Positions 30,749-40,831 of a stretch of DNA of 64,000 bases are shown here, in pieces. The stretch covers positions 724,694 through 788,693 of the forward strand of contig JAKLEB010000001.1 in the NCBI GenBank assembly GCA_022711765.1. Reading direction: 5' to 3'. The notes under the pieces were generated by a model, which saw nothing but the letters and a program-made list of their open reading frames with translations, was not told the origin of the DNA and did no database searches. The position numbers and the translations under genes are program-made. Numbering within the stretch: the first letter of the stretch is position 1; the number at the start of each line of letters is the position of its first letter. Origin of the DNA: Candidatus Krumholzibacteriota bacterium (lineage in GTDB: Bacteria; Krumholzibacteriota; Krumholzibacteriia; LZORAL124-64-63).

Positions 30749-31392
30749 GGCCGGCCTCCCGCGCGGAGCCAGACCGCGGGCAACAGGGCCGCCTCGACCA
30801 CGCGGTAGTGCGGCGCCCAGCGCTCGGCGTAGCGTGCGCTGTGGTGGATCAGGGGCCAGACGCCGCGGACCTCGCGGTCGAGATCCCGCAGGGCGCCGGG
30901 AGCGACGCGCCCGCGCCAGAGCGCCGAGTCGGCGACGGCGGCCGACCAGAGCGCGGCCAGCTGGTCGGGATCGCCCCGCCAGCGCCGGGCCGTCCGCGTG
31001 AACGCCGCGGCCAGCGTGTCGAGCGCCGCGGGCCCGGCCGCGGGCCCCTCCGCCGCGACCAGGTGCCGGAGCCGCACGAGGTCCACCCGGACGAGACGGC
31101 CGTCGGGCCGCAGAGCGACGAAGAGCGGCGGTCGCCCCGCCGGCGCGAGCCGACCGGCTGCGTCCCACTCGTCCTGGAGCCGGCGGCGGGCCTCGCCCGC
31201 CGAGTCCACGGCGTGAGCGGGGCCCATCACTCCCTGGAAGAGGAACTTGTAGAGATCGGCCGGATCGTCGGCGCCCGTGCGGTCCAGCTCGGCGGCGAGC
31301 AGCTCGCGCCAGGCCGCGTAACCGTCGGGCGCCTCGTCGGCGCGGCAGCCGGCGATCAGCGCGATGAGCAGCGTCGCGGCGACGACCCGCAT
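30745..31392 (-). CDS. lipoprotein of unknown function embedded between the two ABC-2 permeases
   Basis: Internal Met of ORF 30745..32229 (MRVVATLLIALIAGC lipobox). Start is 2 nt after the upstream permease stop. 215 aa, Ala/Arg-rich soluble domain. Confidence 0.55.
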   Translation of the reverse strand: MRVVAATLLIALIAGCRADEAPDGYAAWRELLAAELDRTGADDPADLYKFLFQGVMGPAHAVDSAGEARRRLQDEWDAAGRLAPAGRPPLFVALRPDGRLVRVDLVRLRHLVAAEGPAAGPAALDTLAAAFTRTARRWRGDPDQLAALWSAAVADSALWRGRVAPGALRDLDREVRGVWPLIHHSARYAERWAPHYRVVEAALLPAVWLRAGGRP

Positions 31393-31394
31393 GG

Positions 31395-32252
31395 TCAACC
31401 TCCCTGCAGGGTCACCGAGCGCACGGCCCGGGCCCACAGCAGGCGACCCGCGAGGAAGAGCCCGATCGCCCAGGCCGCCTGCACGAGCAAAGCCGACGCG
31501 AGATCGGGACCCGCGCGCTTGCCGAGATAGATCATGACGGGCACGTAGCTCAGGCCCTGGAAGGGCAGCCAGGCCGCCAGCGTCTGGACCCAGCCCGGGA
31601 AGAAGCTGAACGGCACCAGGACGCCCGCGAGGAAATCGAGGGTGATGGCCTTCGCCCGGATCACCCCATCGATGTTCTTGAGGTAGAAGGCCAGGCAGCC
31701 GACGAGGAAGTTCAGCTGACAGTTGATCACCATGCCCAGCAGGAAGCTCAGGAGCGTCCAGCCGTAGAGCGCGGCGCGCGGCGGTCCGCCGATGTCGAAG
31801 AGCGGCACCACCACGATCATGATCGGCAGCGTGAACAGCAGCAGCCGGAAGCCGGCCTCCCCCGCCGCCTCGAACATCGTCACGGTCTGCACGTGGAATG
31901 GCTTGATCAGCTGCATCGCGATCTCGCCCTGCTGGATCTGGTGGGCCAGCGTGCGGTCGATGTTGTTGAACATGAAGCTGCGCCCGATCCACGAGACCGC
32001 GATGTAGGTGATCATCTCGGGCAGGGTGAAGCCGCCGATCTCGACGCCGCCGGCCGTCTCCGGCCGGCTGGCGAAGAGCGCGCGGAAGAGATAGGCGTTG
32101 CCCGTGACGAAGATCGTGTAGCTTACGACGCCGGTGTAGTACCGCAACCGGTACGCCAGGTATTTCAGGAACGCCAGGCGCGCGAAGCCGAGGTACAGGC
32201 GGAGGCTCGCGCCCGGGGCGCGCCGCCACGGCGCGAGGACGAGCTCACTCAA
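31395..32252 (-). CDS. ABC-2 family transporter permease (paralogue 1)
   Basis: 285 aa, six TM helices. Overlaps the ATPase gene by 8 nt. Confidence 0.7.
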   Translation of the reverse strand: MSELVLAPWRRAPGASLRLYLGFARLAFLKYLAYRLRYYTGVVSYTIFVTGNAYLFRALFASRPETAGGVEIGGFTLPEMITYIAVSWIGRSFMFNNIDRTLAHQIQQGEIAMQLIKPFHVQTVTMFEAAGEAGFRLLLFTLPIMIVVVPLFDIGGPPRAALYGWTLLSFLLGMVINCQLNFLVGCLAFYLKNIDGVIRAKAITLDFLAGVLVPFSFFPGWVQTLAAWLPFQGLSYVPVMIYLGKRAGPDLASALLVQAAWAIGLFLAGRLLWARAVRSVTLQGG

Positions 32253-33273
32253 GGTTCGCCTCCTGCCCGGGCTGCAGACCCTCGCGGTAGATGCGGCGGA
32301 CGACGTCCTCGATCGCCGGCTCGGTGAGCGCCATGTCGCGCAGCCGGTGCGCGGCGAGAACCCTCGAGAGGATGGCCGCCGCCGTCGTTTCCGCGCGGGA
32401 GAAGAGCGCGCAGTGGCGGTGGGCGCCGTCGCTCTCCCACTGGACCGGCAGGTCGCGCGTCGCCGCCGCCAGGGCGGCCGCGGTCACGGGCTCGGCCAGG
32501 TCCAGGCACAGGCGCAGGCGGTGGCCGGGGCCACGGCGCAGGTCCTCGAGGAGTCCATCGTAGAGCACCTTGCCGTGGTCGATGATGATGACGCGGCGGC
32601 AGAGCTGTTCGATGTCGCCGAGGTCGTGGGTCGTCAGGATCACGGTCACGCCCAGCGTGTCGCGCGCCCGGCGAAGGAACCCGCGCACGTTCTCCTTGGC
32701 CACCACGTCGAGGCCGATCGTCGGCTCATCGAGGAACAACACGCGGGGCTCGTGGACCAGCGCCGCGGCCAGGTCGCAGCGCATGCGCTGCCCGAGGCTC
32801 AGCTTGCGGACCGGCTGGTTGAGGAACTCGTCGATCCCGAGCAGCTCGGCGAAGAACGCCATCTGCGAGCGGTAGCGGTCCTCCGGGACCTCGAAGATCC
32901 GCTGCAGCAGGCGGAAGCTCTCGACCACCGCCAGATCCCACCACAGCTGGGTCCGCTGGCCGAACACGACGCCGATGTGCCGCGTGTAGCTCTGCCGCTG
33001 GCGATAGGGCACCAGCCCGCCCACCCGGACCTCGCCGGAGGTCGGCGTGAGGATCCCGGTGAGCACCTTGATCGTCGTGCTCTTGCCGGCGCCGTTGGCT
33101 CCGATGTAACCGACCATCTCGCCCGGGTCGATCGTGAACGAGACCTCGTCGACCGCCCGCAGGATCCGCTTGCGCGGGCGCACCAGATCGACGATCCCGC
33201 CCTTGACGCCCTCGCGGCGCACGGTGAGCCGGTAGTCCTTGGTCAGACGATCGACGGTGATCAGCGGCGCCAT
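32245..33273 (-). CDS. ABC transporter ATP-binding protein with ~100 aa C-terminal extension
   Basis: Walker A GANGAGKST, signature LSLGQRMR, Walker B LFLDEPT, H-loop. Confidence 0.85.
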   Translation of the reverse strand: MAPLITVDRLTKDYRLTVRREGVKGGIVDLVRPRKRILRAVDEVSFTIDPGEMVGYIGANGAGKSTTIKVLTGILTPTSGEVRVGGLVPYRQRQSYTRHIGVVFGQRTQLWWDLAVVESFRLLQRIFEVPEDRYRSQMAFFAELLGIDEFLNQPVRKLSLGQRMRCDLAAALVHEPRVLFLDEPTIGLDVVAKENVRGFLRRARDTLGVTVILTTHDLGDIEQLCRRVIIIDHGKVLYDGLLEDLRRGPGHRLRLCLDLAEPVTAAALAAATRDLPVQWESDGAHRHCALFSRAETTAAAILSRVLAAHRLRDMALTEPAIEDVVRRIYREGLQPGQEANLE

Positions 33274-33274
33274 G

Positions 33275-33511
33275 TCAGATCTGGTCCGGCTCGTCGGCGG
33301 GAGCCAGCCGCACCACGAGGTCGCGGACCTCGCGGTCGGTCCGCTCCAGCCGCGCGCGGCAGGCCGCGATCAGCTCCACCGCACGCTCGACCTCGGCGGC
33401 CAGCTCGTCCACGTCCGTCTGTTCGCTCTCGAGCCTCGCCACGATGGCCTCGACCTCGGCCACCGCCTCGCTAAAAGAGAGCTTGCTGATCGGGGTCTTC
33501 CTTGCCGCCAC
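33275..33511 (-). CDS. xseB: exodeoxyribonuclease VII small subunit
   Basis: 78 aa coiled-coil protein with the XseB signature SFEEAL-like FSEAVAEVEAIVARLE. Overlaps the xseA 3' end by 41 nt. Confidence 0.75.
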   Translation of the reverse strand: MAARKTPISKLSFSEAVAEVEAIVARLESEQTDVDELAAEVERAVELIAACRARLERTDREVRDLVVRLAPADEPDQI

Positions 33512-34778
33512 CTCGGCCTCCCTTGCGCACCACGCTGGTGACTTCGCCGTCGGCGAACCGTGTCCGGAGCGATTGCCGCGGCCGGACGTCCGCCGCTCGC
33601 CGCACGAGCCGGCCGCCGGCGTCCAGGGTCAGGGTGAAACCGCGCTCCAGCAGGCGGCGCGGATCCAGAAGCCGGATCCGCTCGGACTGCAGCTCGAGCC
33701 GCGCGCGACAGTCCTGCAGCCGGCGGGGCGCTTCGCGGCGGAGTCGGCTGGCAAGATAGTCCGTCCGCGCCCGGGCCGCCGCCGAGCGCCCGCGCACGCC
33801 GCCCGCGAGCCGTCCCACGGCCAGCTGGAGCCAGCGGCTCGTCTCGCGCAACCGCCCGACCGCCGCCGCGGCGAGCCGCTCCGTCGCGTCGTCCAGGCGC
33901 TCGTCCGCGGCGCGCACGCGTTCCACCAGGAACTCGGCGGCCGCGGTCGGCGTCCTCGCGCGCGTGTGCGCGCAGAGGTCGGCGAGGCTCGTGTCGATCT
34001 CGTGGCCGATGGCGGTCACCACGGGCAGCGGACAGCGCGCGATCGCCACGCAGAGATCCTGCTGGTCGAACCAGCTGAGGTCGGCCCGGGACCCGCCGCC
34101 CCGGGTGATCACGATCACGTCGAGGTCGAGGCGGGCGAGGTGCGCGAGCGCGGCGGAGATCTGCGGCGCGGTCTGCTCGCCCTGCATCCGGCAATCGGCC
34201 AGCCGGACCGCGAACGGATAGCGGCTCGCCGCGAGCCCGCTGCAAAAATCCAGCTCCGCCGCGCTGCCCGCGCTCGTCACGAGCCCGACCCGCAGCGGCA
34301 GGTCCGCGAGGACCCGGGTCTGATTGAGCGCGAGCAGACCCTGCGCCTCGAGCCAGGCCAGCACCTGGCGCCGACGCCGCTCGAGCTGTCCCAGCGAGTA
34401 CTCCGGATCGATGCCGACGACCTTGAGGCTGATCTTGCCGTACGGCGGATAGAAATCCACCCGGCAGAGCAAGCAGACCTCGAGCTGGTCCTGCAGGCGC
34501 AGCAGCGGGTCGGAACCGTCGAGATAGCGCGCGAGGCCGAAGCGATCGCGGTCCCAGCCGAGGATCGCGGCCGGGATCTGGAAACTCGCGGCGCCCCCGG
34601 CGCCGCCCTCGTGGAGCTCGAAGTAGACGTGCTTGCGCCGGGCCGCGTCGGGACCGAGGCGCTGGACCTCGCCCTTGACCCACAGGGGTTCGGGGAACGA
34701 CGTCTGCAAGGCGGTCTGGATGGCCTCGTTGAGCTGCCGGACGCTCAGGATGCGGCGGTCGGGCGTGGTCAAGGACAC
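33471..34778 (-). CDS. xseA: exodeoxyribonuclease VII large subunit
   Basis: 435 aa, N-terminal OB-fold followed by the catalytic domain. Confidence 0.8.
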   Translation of the reverse strand: MSLTTPDRRILSVRQLNEAIQTALQTSFPEPLWVKGEVQRLGPDAARRKHVYFELHEGGAGGAASFQIPAAILGWDRDRFGLARYLDGSDPLLRLQDQLEVCLLCRVDFYPPYGKISLKVVGIDPEYSLGQLERRRRQVLAWLEAQGLLALNQTRVLADLPLRVGLVTSAGSAAELDFCSGLAASRYPFAVRLADCRMQGEQTAPQISAALAHLARLDLDVIVITRGGGSRADLSWFDQQDLCVAIARCPLPVVTAIGHEIDTSLADLCAHTRARTPTAAAEFLVERVRAADERLDDATERLAAAAVGRLRETSRWLQLAVGRLAGGVRGRSAAARARTDYLASRLRREAPRRLQDCRARLELQSERIRLLDPRRLLERGFTLTLDAGGRLVRRAADVRPRQSLRTRFADGEVTSVVRKGGRGGGKEDPDQQALF

Positions 34779-34781
34779 CTC

Positions 34782-36140
34782 CTACAGGCGGATCCGCAGC
34801 CAGCGCCGCCTCAGGAACAAGCGGGTCATCAGGAACGCGTGCAACGCGAACCAGAGGGTCAGCGCCCACCACGCTCCCCGCAACCCGCCGCGGAACGCCA
34901 CCGCGAACAACCAGGCAACCGGCAGCATGAAGCCGGCGCCGGTGCCGACGTCGACGGCGAGGACCCGGTCGGTCGCGCCCGCGCCGCGCAGGACACCGGC
35001 GAACGTCAGCCCCGCGGCGGCCAGCACCTGGACGAGGGCGGTGATCCGCAGGATCCCGCGCCCCGCGGCGAGCACCGGTTCGTCGACGGCGAACGCGCGC
35101 AGGACGAGGTCGGGCCACAGCAGGAACGGCAGGCCGAGCAGGGCCATGAGCGCCGCCGAGAGCCAGAATCCCGCGAGTCCCACGCGCCAGGCGCCCCGCG
35201 CGTCGCGCGCGCCCAGGCAGCGGCTCACGAGGGTCTGGACCGCCACGCCGACGCCGACCGCCGCCATCAGACACATCGCGGCGAGCCGCATGATGATGTT
35301 GCCGGCGGCGACGGCGACGGTGGACACCTGTCCGAGGATCCCGTAGAAGACGACCAGACCCCCGACCAGACCGAGCCCCTGCGCCGCCTGCGGCAAGCCG
35401 ACGCGCAGCAGCGGCCGCAGCAGGTCGCGCCTCAGGCTGCCGCGGCCGAACAGGCGATGGGGGCGCCGCACCGACGGCCGCAGCGCGACGCTCAGGATGA
35501 TCAGCGCCGAGATCAACGCCGACAGGCTCGTCGCCAGCGCGGCGCCGCCGACGCCCATCGCCGGCGCACCGAGCCGACCGTAGATCAACACCCAGTTGAG
35601 GACCACGTTGAGGCCGTTCATCACGAAGCTCGTCACCATGCCGACCCTGGTCAGGCCGAGGCCGTCGAAGCACGAGCGGCTCAAGGCGAAGAAGAGGAAC
35701 GGCAGGAGCCCGGCGCATCGCCAGTAGTAATACTCCGCACCGAGCCGGATCACCTCGGGGTCGCCGCTCACGAGGGCGATCCCCAGGTGCGGCCAGCGCA
35801 TCCCGGCGGCGGTCGCGATCGAGCCGGCGACGAGGGCGAGCAGCAGCCCGGAGCCCAGGACCGCCCCCACCTCGGGCGAACGCCCCTCGCCCTCCCGGCG
35901 CGCGGTGAACGTCTGCACGGCGACGTCGAGCGCGCGCAGAGTCGTCGCCAGCGCCGAGAAGAGCAGGGTGCCGATGCCGACGGCGGCAATCGCCGCCGTC
36001 CCCAGGCGGCCCACCATCAACGTGTCCACGAGACCCATGAGGGTCTGGGAGAGATTGGCGAGGACGACCGGGCCCGACAGCCGGACCAGGAGGCTCACCA
36101 GGCGGCTCCGCGGGAGCCGGCCCAGGCGCTCAGCCGACAA
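34782..36140 (-). CDS. MATE family efflux transporter
   Basis: 452 aa, 12 TM helices, MATE N-terminal pattern. Confidence 0.8.
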   Translation of the reverse strand: MSAERLGRLPRSRLVSLLVRLSGPVVLANLSQTLMGLVDTLMVGRLGTAAIAAVGIGTLLFSALATTLRALDVAVQTFTARREGEGRSPEVGAVLGSGLLLALVAGSIATAAGMRWPHLGIALVSGDPEVIRLGAEYYYWRCAGLLPFLFFALSRSCFDGLGLTRVGMVTSFVMNGLNVVLNWVLIYGRLGAPAMGVGGAALATSLSALISALIILSVALRPSVRRPHRLFGRGSLRRDLLRPLLRVGLPQAAQGLGLVGGLVVFYGILGQVSTVAVAAGNIIMRLAAMCLMAAVGVGVAVQTLVSRCLGARDARGAWRVGLAGFWLSAALMALLGLPFLLWPDLVLRAFAVDEPVLAAGRGILRITALVQVLAAAGLTFAGVLRGAGATDRVLAVDVGTGAGFMLPVAWLFAVAFRGGLRGAWWALTLWFALHAFLMTRLFLRRRWLRIRL

Positions 36141-37614
36141 GGATCTCCACCGCGCGGGCGAGGAGTCGCGCCCCGAACCCGGTCCCGCCGCGCGGGCCCA
36201 GCGGTCCGCCCTTGTCGGTCCAGGCCGGGCCGGCGAGATCCACGTGAGCCCAGGCGATGTCCTCGGGAACGAATTGCGAGAGGAACGCGGCCGCGGTGAG
36301 CGCGCCGCCTTCGCGCGGACCCAGGTTCTTGAGGTCCGCGACCTTCGACTGGAGCGCCTCGCGATGAGCGTCGACCAGGGGCAGCGGCCAGACCCGCTCG
36401 CCCGTTTCGCCGCCGGCCTGCTCGAGGACCGCGACGAGTTCGCTGCTGTTGCCCAGGAGACCGGCGAAATCCTGGCCCAGTGCGATCACACAGGCGCCGG
36501 TGAGGGTGGCGGCGTCGATCAGGTAGTCGGGCCGCCGGCGGCACGTCCAGTGCAGGGCGTCGGCGAGGATCAACCGTCCCTCGGCATCCGTGTTCAAGAC
36601 CTCCACCGTCGTGCCGCTGGCCATCGTCAGGACGTCCGACGGTTTGATCGCCCCGCCGTCCGGCATGTTCTCGGCCGTCGGCACCACGACCAGCAGGCGC
36701 ACGGGGAGCCGGCGCGCGGCGACGATGACGGCGGCGCCCAGGACGGCGGCCGCGCCGGCCATGTCGCACTTCATCACTTCCATCTTGGCGCCGGGTTTCA
36801 GGCTGATGCCGCCCGAGTCGAAGGTCACGCCCTTGCCGACGAGCGCGACCGTCGGCGCGCCGCGCGGCGCGCCGCGCGACTCCAGGCTGATCAGGCGCGG
36901 CGCGTTGCGGCTGCCCTGGCCGACGCCGAGCAGGCCGCCCATCTTCAACGTGCGCAGCTGCGCCGGCCCGAGGACGGTGCACCGGTATCCGGACCGCTTG
37001 GCGATGCCCCGGGCCGCTTCGGCGAGCAGCTGCGGCGTGAGCTGGTTGGGCGGTAGGTTCACCAGCCGGCGAGCCTCGAGACAACCAGCGGCGGCGACCT
37101 CGCCCTGGCTCACGCCCCGCCGCAGCGCCTCGCGGTCCCGCTCGCGCTCGGCCACCACCTTGCCGACCAGAGGCCCGTGCGTCGCGCTGCGCCGCGCGTC
37201 GGCGGTCCCGGCGGGCGCCAGCCCCATCTCGAAACCCTCGACCCAGCAGCGCGCGACCGTCTCGGCATCGAGTCCAGTTTCGGCGGCGAGCGGCGCGACG
37301 ACCACCGTGCGGGCCCGCATCGAACGGGCCTGTTGAGCGGCGGTGCCGGCGGCCTTGCGCACGGTCTCCAGCGAGATCCGGTCGGGTTTGCCCAGTCCGA
37401 CGAGCAAAATCCACCCCGTCGCCGGGCCGGCGCAGAAGACCGGCAGCGTGCTGGCCGCCGCGCCGCGGAACCCCGCACGCTCGACGATGGCCGCCAGGTC
37501 GTCGCGACCGCCGGTCAGACGCTGGACGGCGGCGAGGTCCCCCTCCACGACGGGCAGGATCAGGAGATCCCCACCGGTTCGAGCCACACCACTCTTGACC
37601 ACGCTCCAGCGCAT
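36130..37614 (-). CDS. pepA: leucyl aminopeptidase PepA (peptidase M17)
   Basis: Second Met of ORF 36130..37632 preferred (GGAAGGAGA 5 nt upstream; MRWSVVKSG aligns with the E. coli MEFSVKSGS start). NTDAEGRL active-site motif, and VGKGVTFDSGGISLKP. Confidence 0.85.
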   Translation of the reverse strand: MRWSVVKSGVARTGGDLLILPVVEGDLAAVQRLTGGRDDLAAIVERAGFRGAAASTLPVFCAGPATGWILLVGLGKPDRISLETVRKAAGTAAQQARSMRARTVVVAPLAAETGLDAETVARCWVEGFEMGLAPAGTADARRSATHGPLVGKVVAERERDREALRRGVSQGEVAAAGCLEARRLVNLPPNQLTPQLLAEAARGIAKRSGYRCTVLGPAQLRTLKMGGLLGVGQGSRNAPRLISLESRGAPRGAPTVALVGKGVTFDSGGISLKPGAKMEVMKCDMAGAAAVLGAAVIVAARRLPVRLLVVVPTAENMPDGGAIKPSDVLTMASGTTVEVLNTDAEGRLILADALHWTCRRRPDYLIDAATLTGACVIALGQDFAGLLGNSSELVAVLEQAGGETGERVWPLPLVDAHREALQSKVADLKNLGPREGGALTAAAFLSQFVPEDIAWAHVDLAGPAWTDKGGPLGPRGGTGFGARLLARAVEILVG

Positions 37615-37786
37615 CGTCGTCTCCTTCCGCACGCGGCCCGTGCAGGATGACGGTTTCGCTGGACCAATTCAACGGAAACCTGCCTGCTTCGCCATTGTGG
37701 CGGCTCCCCGGTCGCACTAGAATTCTGAAACGAACGGCGCGCCGCTGCGTAGGCGTTCCGGCCTCGACGCACCGAAAGGACCACCC

Positions 37787-38413
37787 TTGAGCCTGGCCAG
37801 CCTCGACCCTCCCCCGTGGGAACGGCGGCGCGAGTACGGGACGCTCAATGCCCTGGTCGTGACCATCCGCCTCGTCCTGTTCTCGCCGGACCGCCTGTTC
37901 AGCCGCATGCCCGTCGGACTCGGCCTGCTCCAGCCGCTGCTCTTCGCCGTGGTGGTGGCGCTCGTCGGCGCCCTGTTCGACTGGATGTGGGCGCTGGCGA
38001 CCGGCAACCTGCCGTCCGTCCTGGCGCCGGGCCTCGCCCGTGCCATCCGCGGCCCTTACTTCACGGCCGCGCATTTCCTGCTGAGCCCGGCGGTCGCGGT
38101 GGTCGTCGTCTTCGTGCGGGCGGCTGTGTTCCACGGCGTCCTTGTCGTGCTCGGATGCAACCGGCTGGGCTTCGAGGCCACGTTCCGCGTGGTCGCGTAC
38201 TGCCGCGCCACGCGACTGCTCTCGATCCTGCCGTTCTGCGGCGGCATCGCCGGCCTCGTCTGGGAACTGGTCGCGACGGTCATCGGGCTCGCGCGGATCC
38301 ACGACTGCGCGACGGGCAAGGCCGTCCTCGCGGTGGTGCTGCCGGTCGTCGTGATCGCCGTGAGCCTCGGCGGCTGGATCCTGACCTTGCTCGGAATGGC
38401 GGCGTTGCGATGA
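37787..38413 (+). CDS. Yip1-domain integral membrane protein
   Basis: TTG start as given by the track, 208 aa, five TM helices, Yip1-like topology. Overlaps the next gene as ATGA. Confidence 0.55.
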   Translation: MSLASLDPPPWERRREYGTLNALVVTIRLVLFSPDRLFSRMPVGLGLLQPLLFAVVVALVGALFDWMWALATGNLPSVLAPGLARAIRGPYFTAAHFLLSPAVAVVVVFVRAAVFHGVLVVLGCNRLGFEATFRVVAYCRATRLLSILPFCGGIAGLVWELVATVIGLARIHDCATGKAVLAVVLPVVVIAVSLGGWILTLLGMAALR

Positions 38414-38814
38414 GATTGGGCGCCGGCGACGCGCCGCTCGCGCGGCAGCTCGGGATCGCCGCCGCGATCCTCCTGCCCCTCGGGATCCGCTGGCTGGCGC
38501 ACGACCCGGCGGCGCTGTCGGCCCTGACCGGGCCGTGTCCCCTGCGCGCGTTGTCCGGGCTGCCCTGTCCGACCTGCGGCGGGACCCGCGCGCTGGTCGC
38601 CCTGGCGGATGGCCGCCTGGTCGCCGCCGTGGCGGACAACGCGCTGGTCACCGTCGCCGTGCTCGCGGTCGCCGCCTGGAGCCTCGGCGCCCTGGCCGCC
38701 ACCGTCGTCCCCGCCTGGCGGCGACGCATCGTCGCGGACGCCGGCGACCGGCGGCGGCTCGTGGTCCTGGGTGGCGGTCTGATCGCGGCCGGCTGGGTCT
38801 GGCTGCTGCTCTAG
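38410..38814 (+). CDS. DUF2752-like small membrane protein (CPTCGGTR motif)
   Basis: Internal Met of ORF 37816..38814 (MRLGAGDAPL...). CPLRALSGLPCPTCGGTRA motif plus two TM helices. Confidence 0.55.
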   Translation: MRLGAGDAPLARQLGIAAAILLPLGIRWLAHDPAALSALTGPCPLRALSGLPCPTCGGTRALVALADGRLVAAVADNALVTVAVLAVAAWSLGALAATVVPAWRRRIVADAGDRRRLVVLGGGLIAAGWVWLLL

Positions 38815-39959
38815 CCGACGCGGCCGGCCAGGGTCTGCCGTGCGATCACCAGGCGCTGGATCTCGCTCGTCCCCTCGTAGATCCGCGTGACCCGCGCATC
38901 GCGGTAGTACCGTTCGACCGGATACTCCTTCACGTAGCCGTACCCGCCGTGGATCTGCAGCGCTTCGTCGGCGGCGCGGCCCGCGGCCTCGGTGGCGAAG
39001 AGCTTGGCCATGGCCGCCTCGCGCGTGTGCGGGCGCCCCTCGTCCTTGAGCCAGGCCGCGCGCAGCGCCAGCAGGCGGGCCGCCTCGAGCTCGGTCGTCA
39101 TGTCGGCGATCTTGTGCTGGATGACCGGCTGTTCCGCAAGCGTCCTGCCGAAGGTCTCCCGCTGCCGCGCGTACTTCAGCGCTTCCTCGAGGCACGCCCG
39201 GCCGATGCCGATCGCCTGGAACGCGACCCCGATCCGGCCGCCGTCGAGCGCGGTCATGGCGATCCGGAATCCGCCGCCCTCTTCGCCCAGGCGGTGCGTC
39301 GCCGGCACGCGCACACCGTCGAGGGCGATCACGACCGTGTCGCTCGCGCGCAGTCCGAGCTTGTCCTCCTTCTTGGCGACCGCGAGGCCCGGCGTGTCGC
39401 GCTCGACGAGGAACGCGTGGATGCCGCGGTGGCCCGCAGTCCCCGGCGTCCGCGCGAGGATCACGAAGAACCGCGCGCGCGAACCGTTCGTGACCCAGAC
39501 CTTCGAGCCGTCGAGGATGTAGTCGTCGCCCTCGCGCCGCGCCGTGCTCGCGAGCGCCGCCGCGTCGCTGCCGGCGTTCGGTTCGGAGATGCAGAACGCC
39601 GCGAGTTCCCCGGCCGCCATGCGCGGCAGGTACCGCGCCTGCAGCTCGGCGCTGCCGAACCCGGCCACCGGATAGTAGCCCACGCTGTTGTGCACGGTGA
39701 CCATGATGCAGATGCCGGCGCTCTGACGCGCCAGCTCCTCCACCACCAGGCCATAGGTGACCGTGTCGAGGCCGAGGCCGCCGTAGCGCTCGGGATAGGC
39801 GAGGCCGAAGAACCCGGCCTCGCGCATCTTCGCGAGGAGCGCGTCCGGGACCTCACCGGTCGCGTCCATCGCGTGCGCGAGCGGCGCGATCTCCCGGGCG
39901 GCGAAATCCCGCGTCATGTCGCGCAGCAGGCGCTGGTTCTCGCTGAGCTCGAAGTCCAT
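38811..39959 (-). CDS. acyl-CoA dehydrogenase (short/medium-chain, butyryl-CoA dehydrogenase-like)
   Basis: C-terminal 382 aa of track ORF 38811..42638 from MDFELSENQ. ACAD N, middle and C domains, and catalytic-base region YGGYGY..EYPVERYYRDARV..IYEGTSEIQ. The remainder of the 1275-aa ORF is read-through over two other genes. Confidence 0.85.
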   Translation of the reverse strand: MDFELSENQRLLRDMTRDFAAREIAPLAHAMDATGEVPDALLAKMREAGFFGLAYPERYGGLGLDTVTYGLVVEELARQSAGICIMVTVHNSVGYYPVAGFGSAELQARYLPRMAAGELAAFCISEPNAGSDAAALASTARREGDDYILDGSKVWVTNGSRARFFVILARTPGTAGHRGIHAFLVERDTPGLAVAKKEDKLGLRASDTVVIALDGVRVPATHRLGEEGGGFRIAMTALDGGRIGVAFQAIGIGRACLEEALKYARQRETFGRTLAEQPVIQHKIADMTTELEAARLLALRAAWLKDEGRPHTREAAMAKLFATEAAGRAADEALQIHGGYGYVKEYPVERYYRDARVTRIYEGTSEIQRLVIARQTLAGRVG

Positions 39960-39970
39960 CGGGCGTCCTG

Positions 39971-40810
39971 TCAGTAAGGGTAGAACCCGCGTCCGGTCTT
40001 GCGGCCGAGCTGGCCAGCGTCGACGAGCCGCCGCAGCAGCGGGCAGGGACGGTACTTGTCGTCGCCGAGGCCCGCGTGGAGGACCTCCATGATGTCCAGG
40101 CAGACGTCCAGCCCGATGAAGTCCGCGAGCGCGAGCGGGCCCATGGGGTGCGCCATGCCCAGCTTCATGACCTCGTCGATCGCCTCGCGCGTGGCGACTC
40201 CTTCCATGAGGCAGAAGACCGCCTCGTTGATCATGGGCATCAGCACCCGGTTGCTCACGAATCCCGGATAGTCCTGCACCGTGACCGGCACCTTGCCGAG
40301 CGCCTTCGCCGCCTCGGTGACGAAGGCGAGCGTCTCGGGACTCGTGGCCTGGCCGCAGATCACCTCCACGAGCTTCATGACCGGCACGGGGTTCATGAAA
40401 TGCATGCCGATCGTGCGGTCCGGCCGCCGCGTCGCCGCGCCGATCCTCGTCAGGCTGATGCTGCTCGTGTTGCTGGCGAGGATGGTCTCGTCGGCGCAGA
40501 CCTCGTCCAGGCGGACGAAGATCTGCTGCTTCACCGCGAGGTCCTCGAACACCGCCTCGACCACGAGCCGGCTGCCCGCCGCCAGCGCGAGGTCGGTCCC
40601 CGGGTGCACGCGCGCGCGGGTCGCCTGGGCATCCGCCGGCGTGATGGCTTCCTTCTTCACCTGGCGGGCGAGGTTCGCCTCGATGGTGGCCAGGGCGCGG
40701 TCGAGCGCCGCCGGCTGGGCGTCGATCAGGACGACCTCGTGCCCGTGCTGGGCGAAGACGTGAGCGATGCCGTTGCCCATGGTCCCGCCCCCGATCACCG
40801 CGACCTTCAC
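39971..40810 (-). CDS. 3-hydroxyacyl-CoA (3-hydroxybutyryl-CoA) dehydrogenase
   Basis: 279 aa, Rossmann VIGGGTMG, and the HFMNP and NTSS motifs. Confidence 0.85.
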   Translation of the reverse strand: MKVAVIGGGTMGNGIAHVFAQHGHEVVLIDAQPAALDRALATIEANLARQVKKEAITPADAQATRARVHPGTDLALAAGSRLVVEAVFEDLAVKQQIFVRLDEVCADETILASNTSSISLTRIGAATRRPDRTIGMHFMNPVPVMKLVEVICGQATSPETLAFVTEAAKALGKVPVTVQDYPGFVSNRVLMPMINEAVFCLMEGVATREAIDEVMKLGMAHPMGPLALADFIGLDVCLDIMEVLHAGLGDDKYRPCPLLRRLVDAGQLGRKTGRGFYPY

Positions 40811-40831
40811 GTCGTTCCTCCTTCGGCCCGC

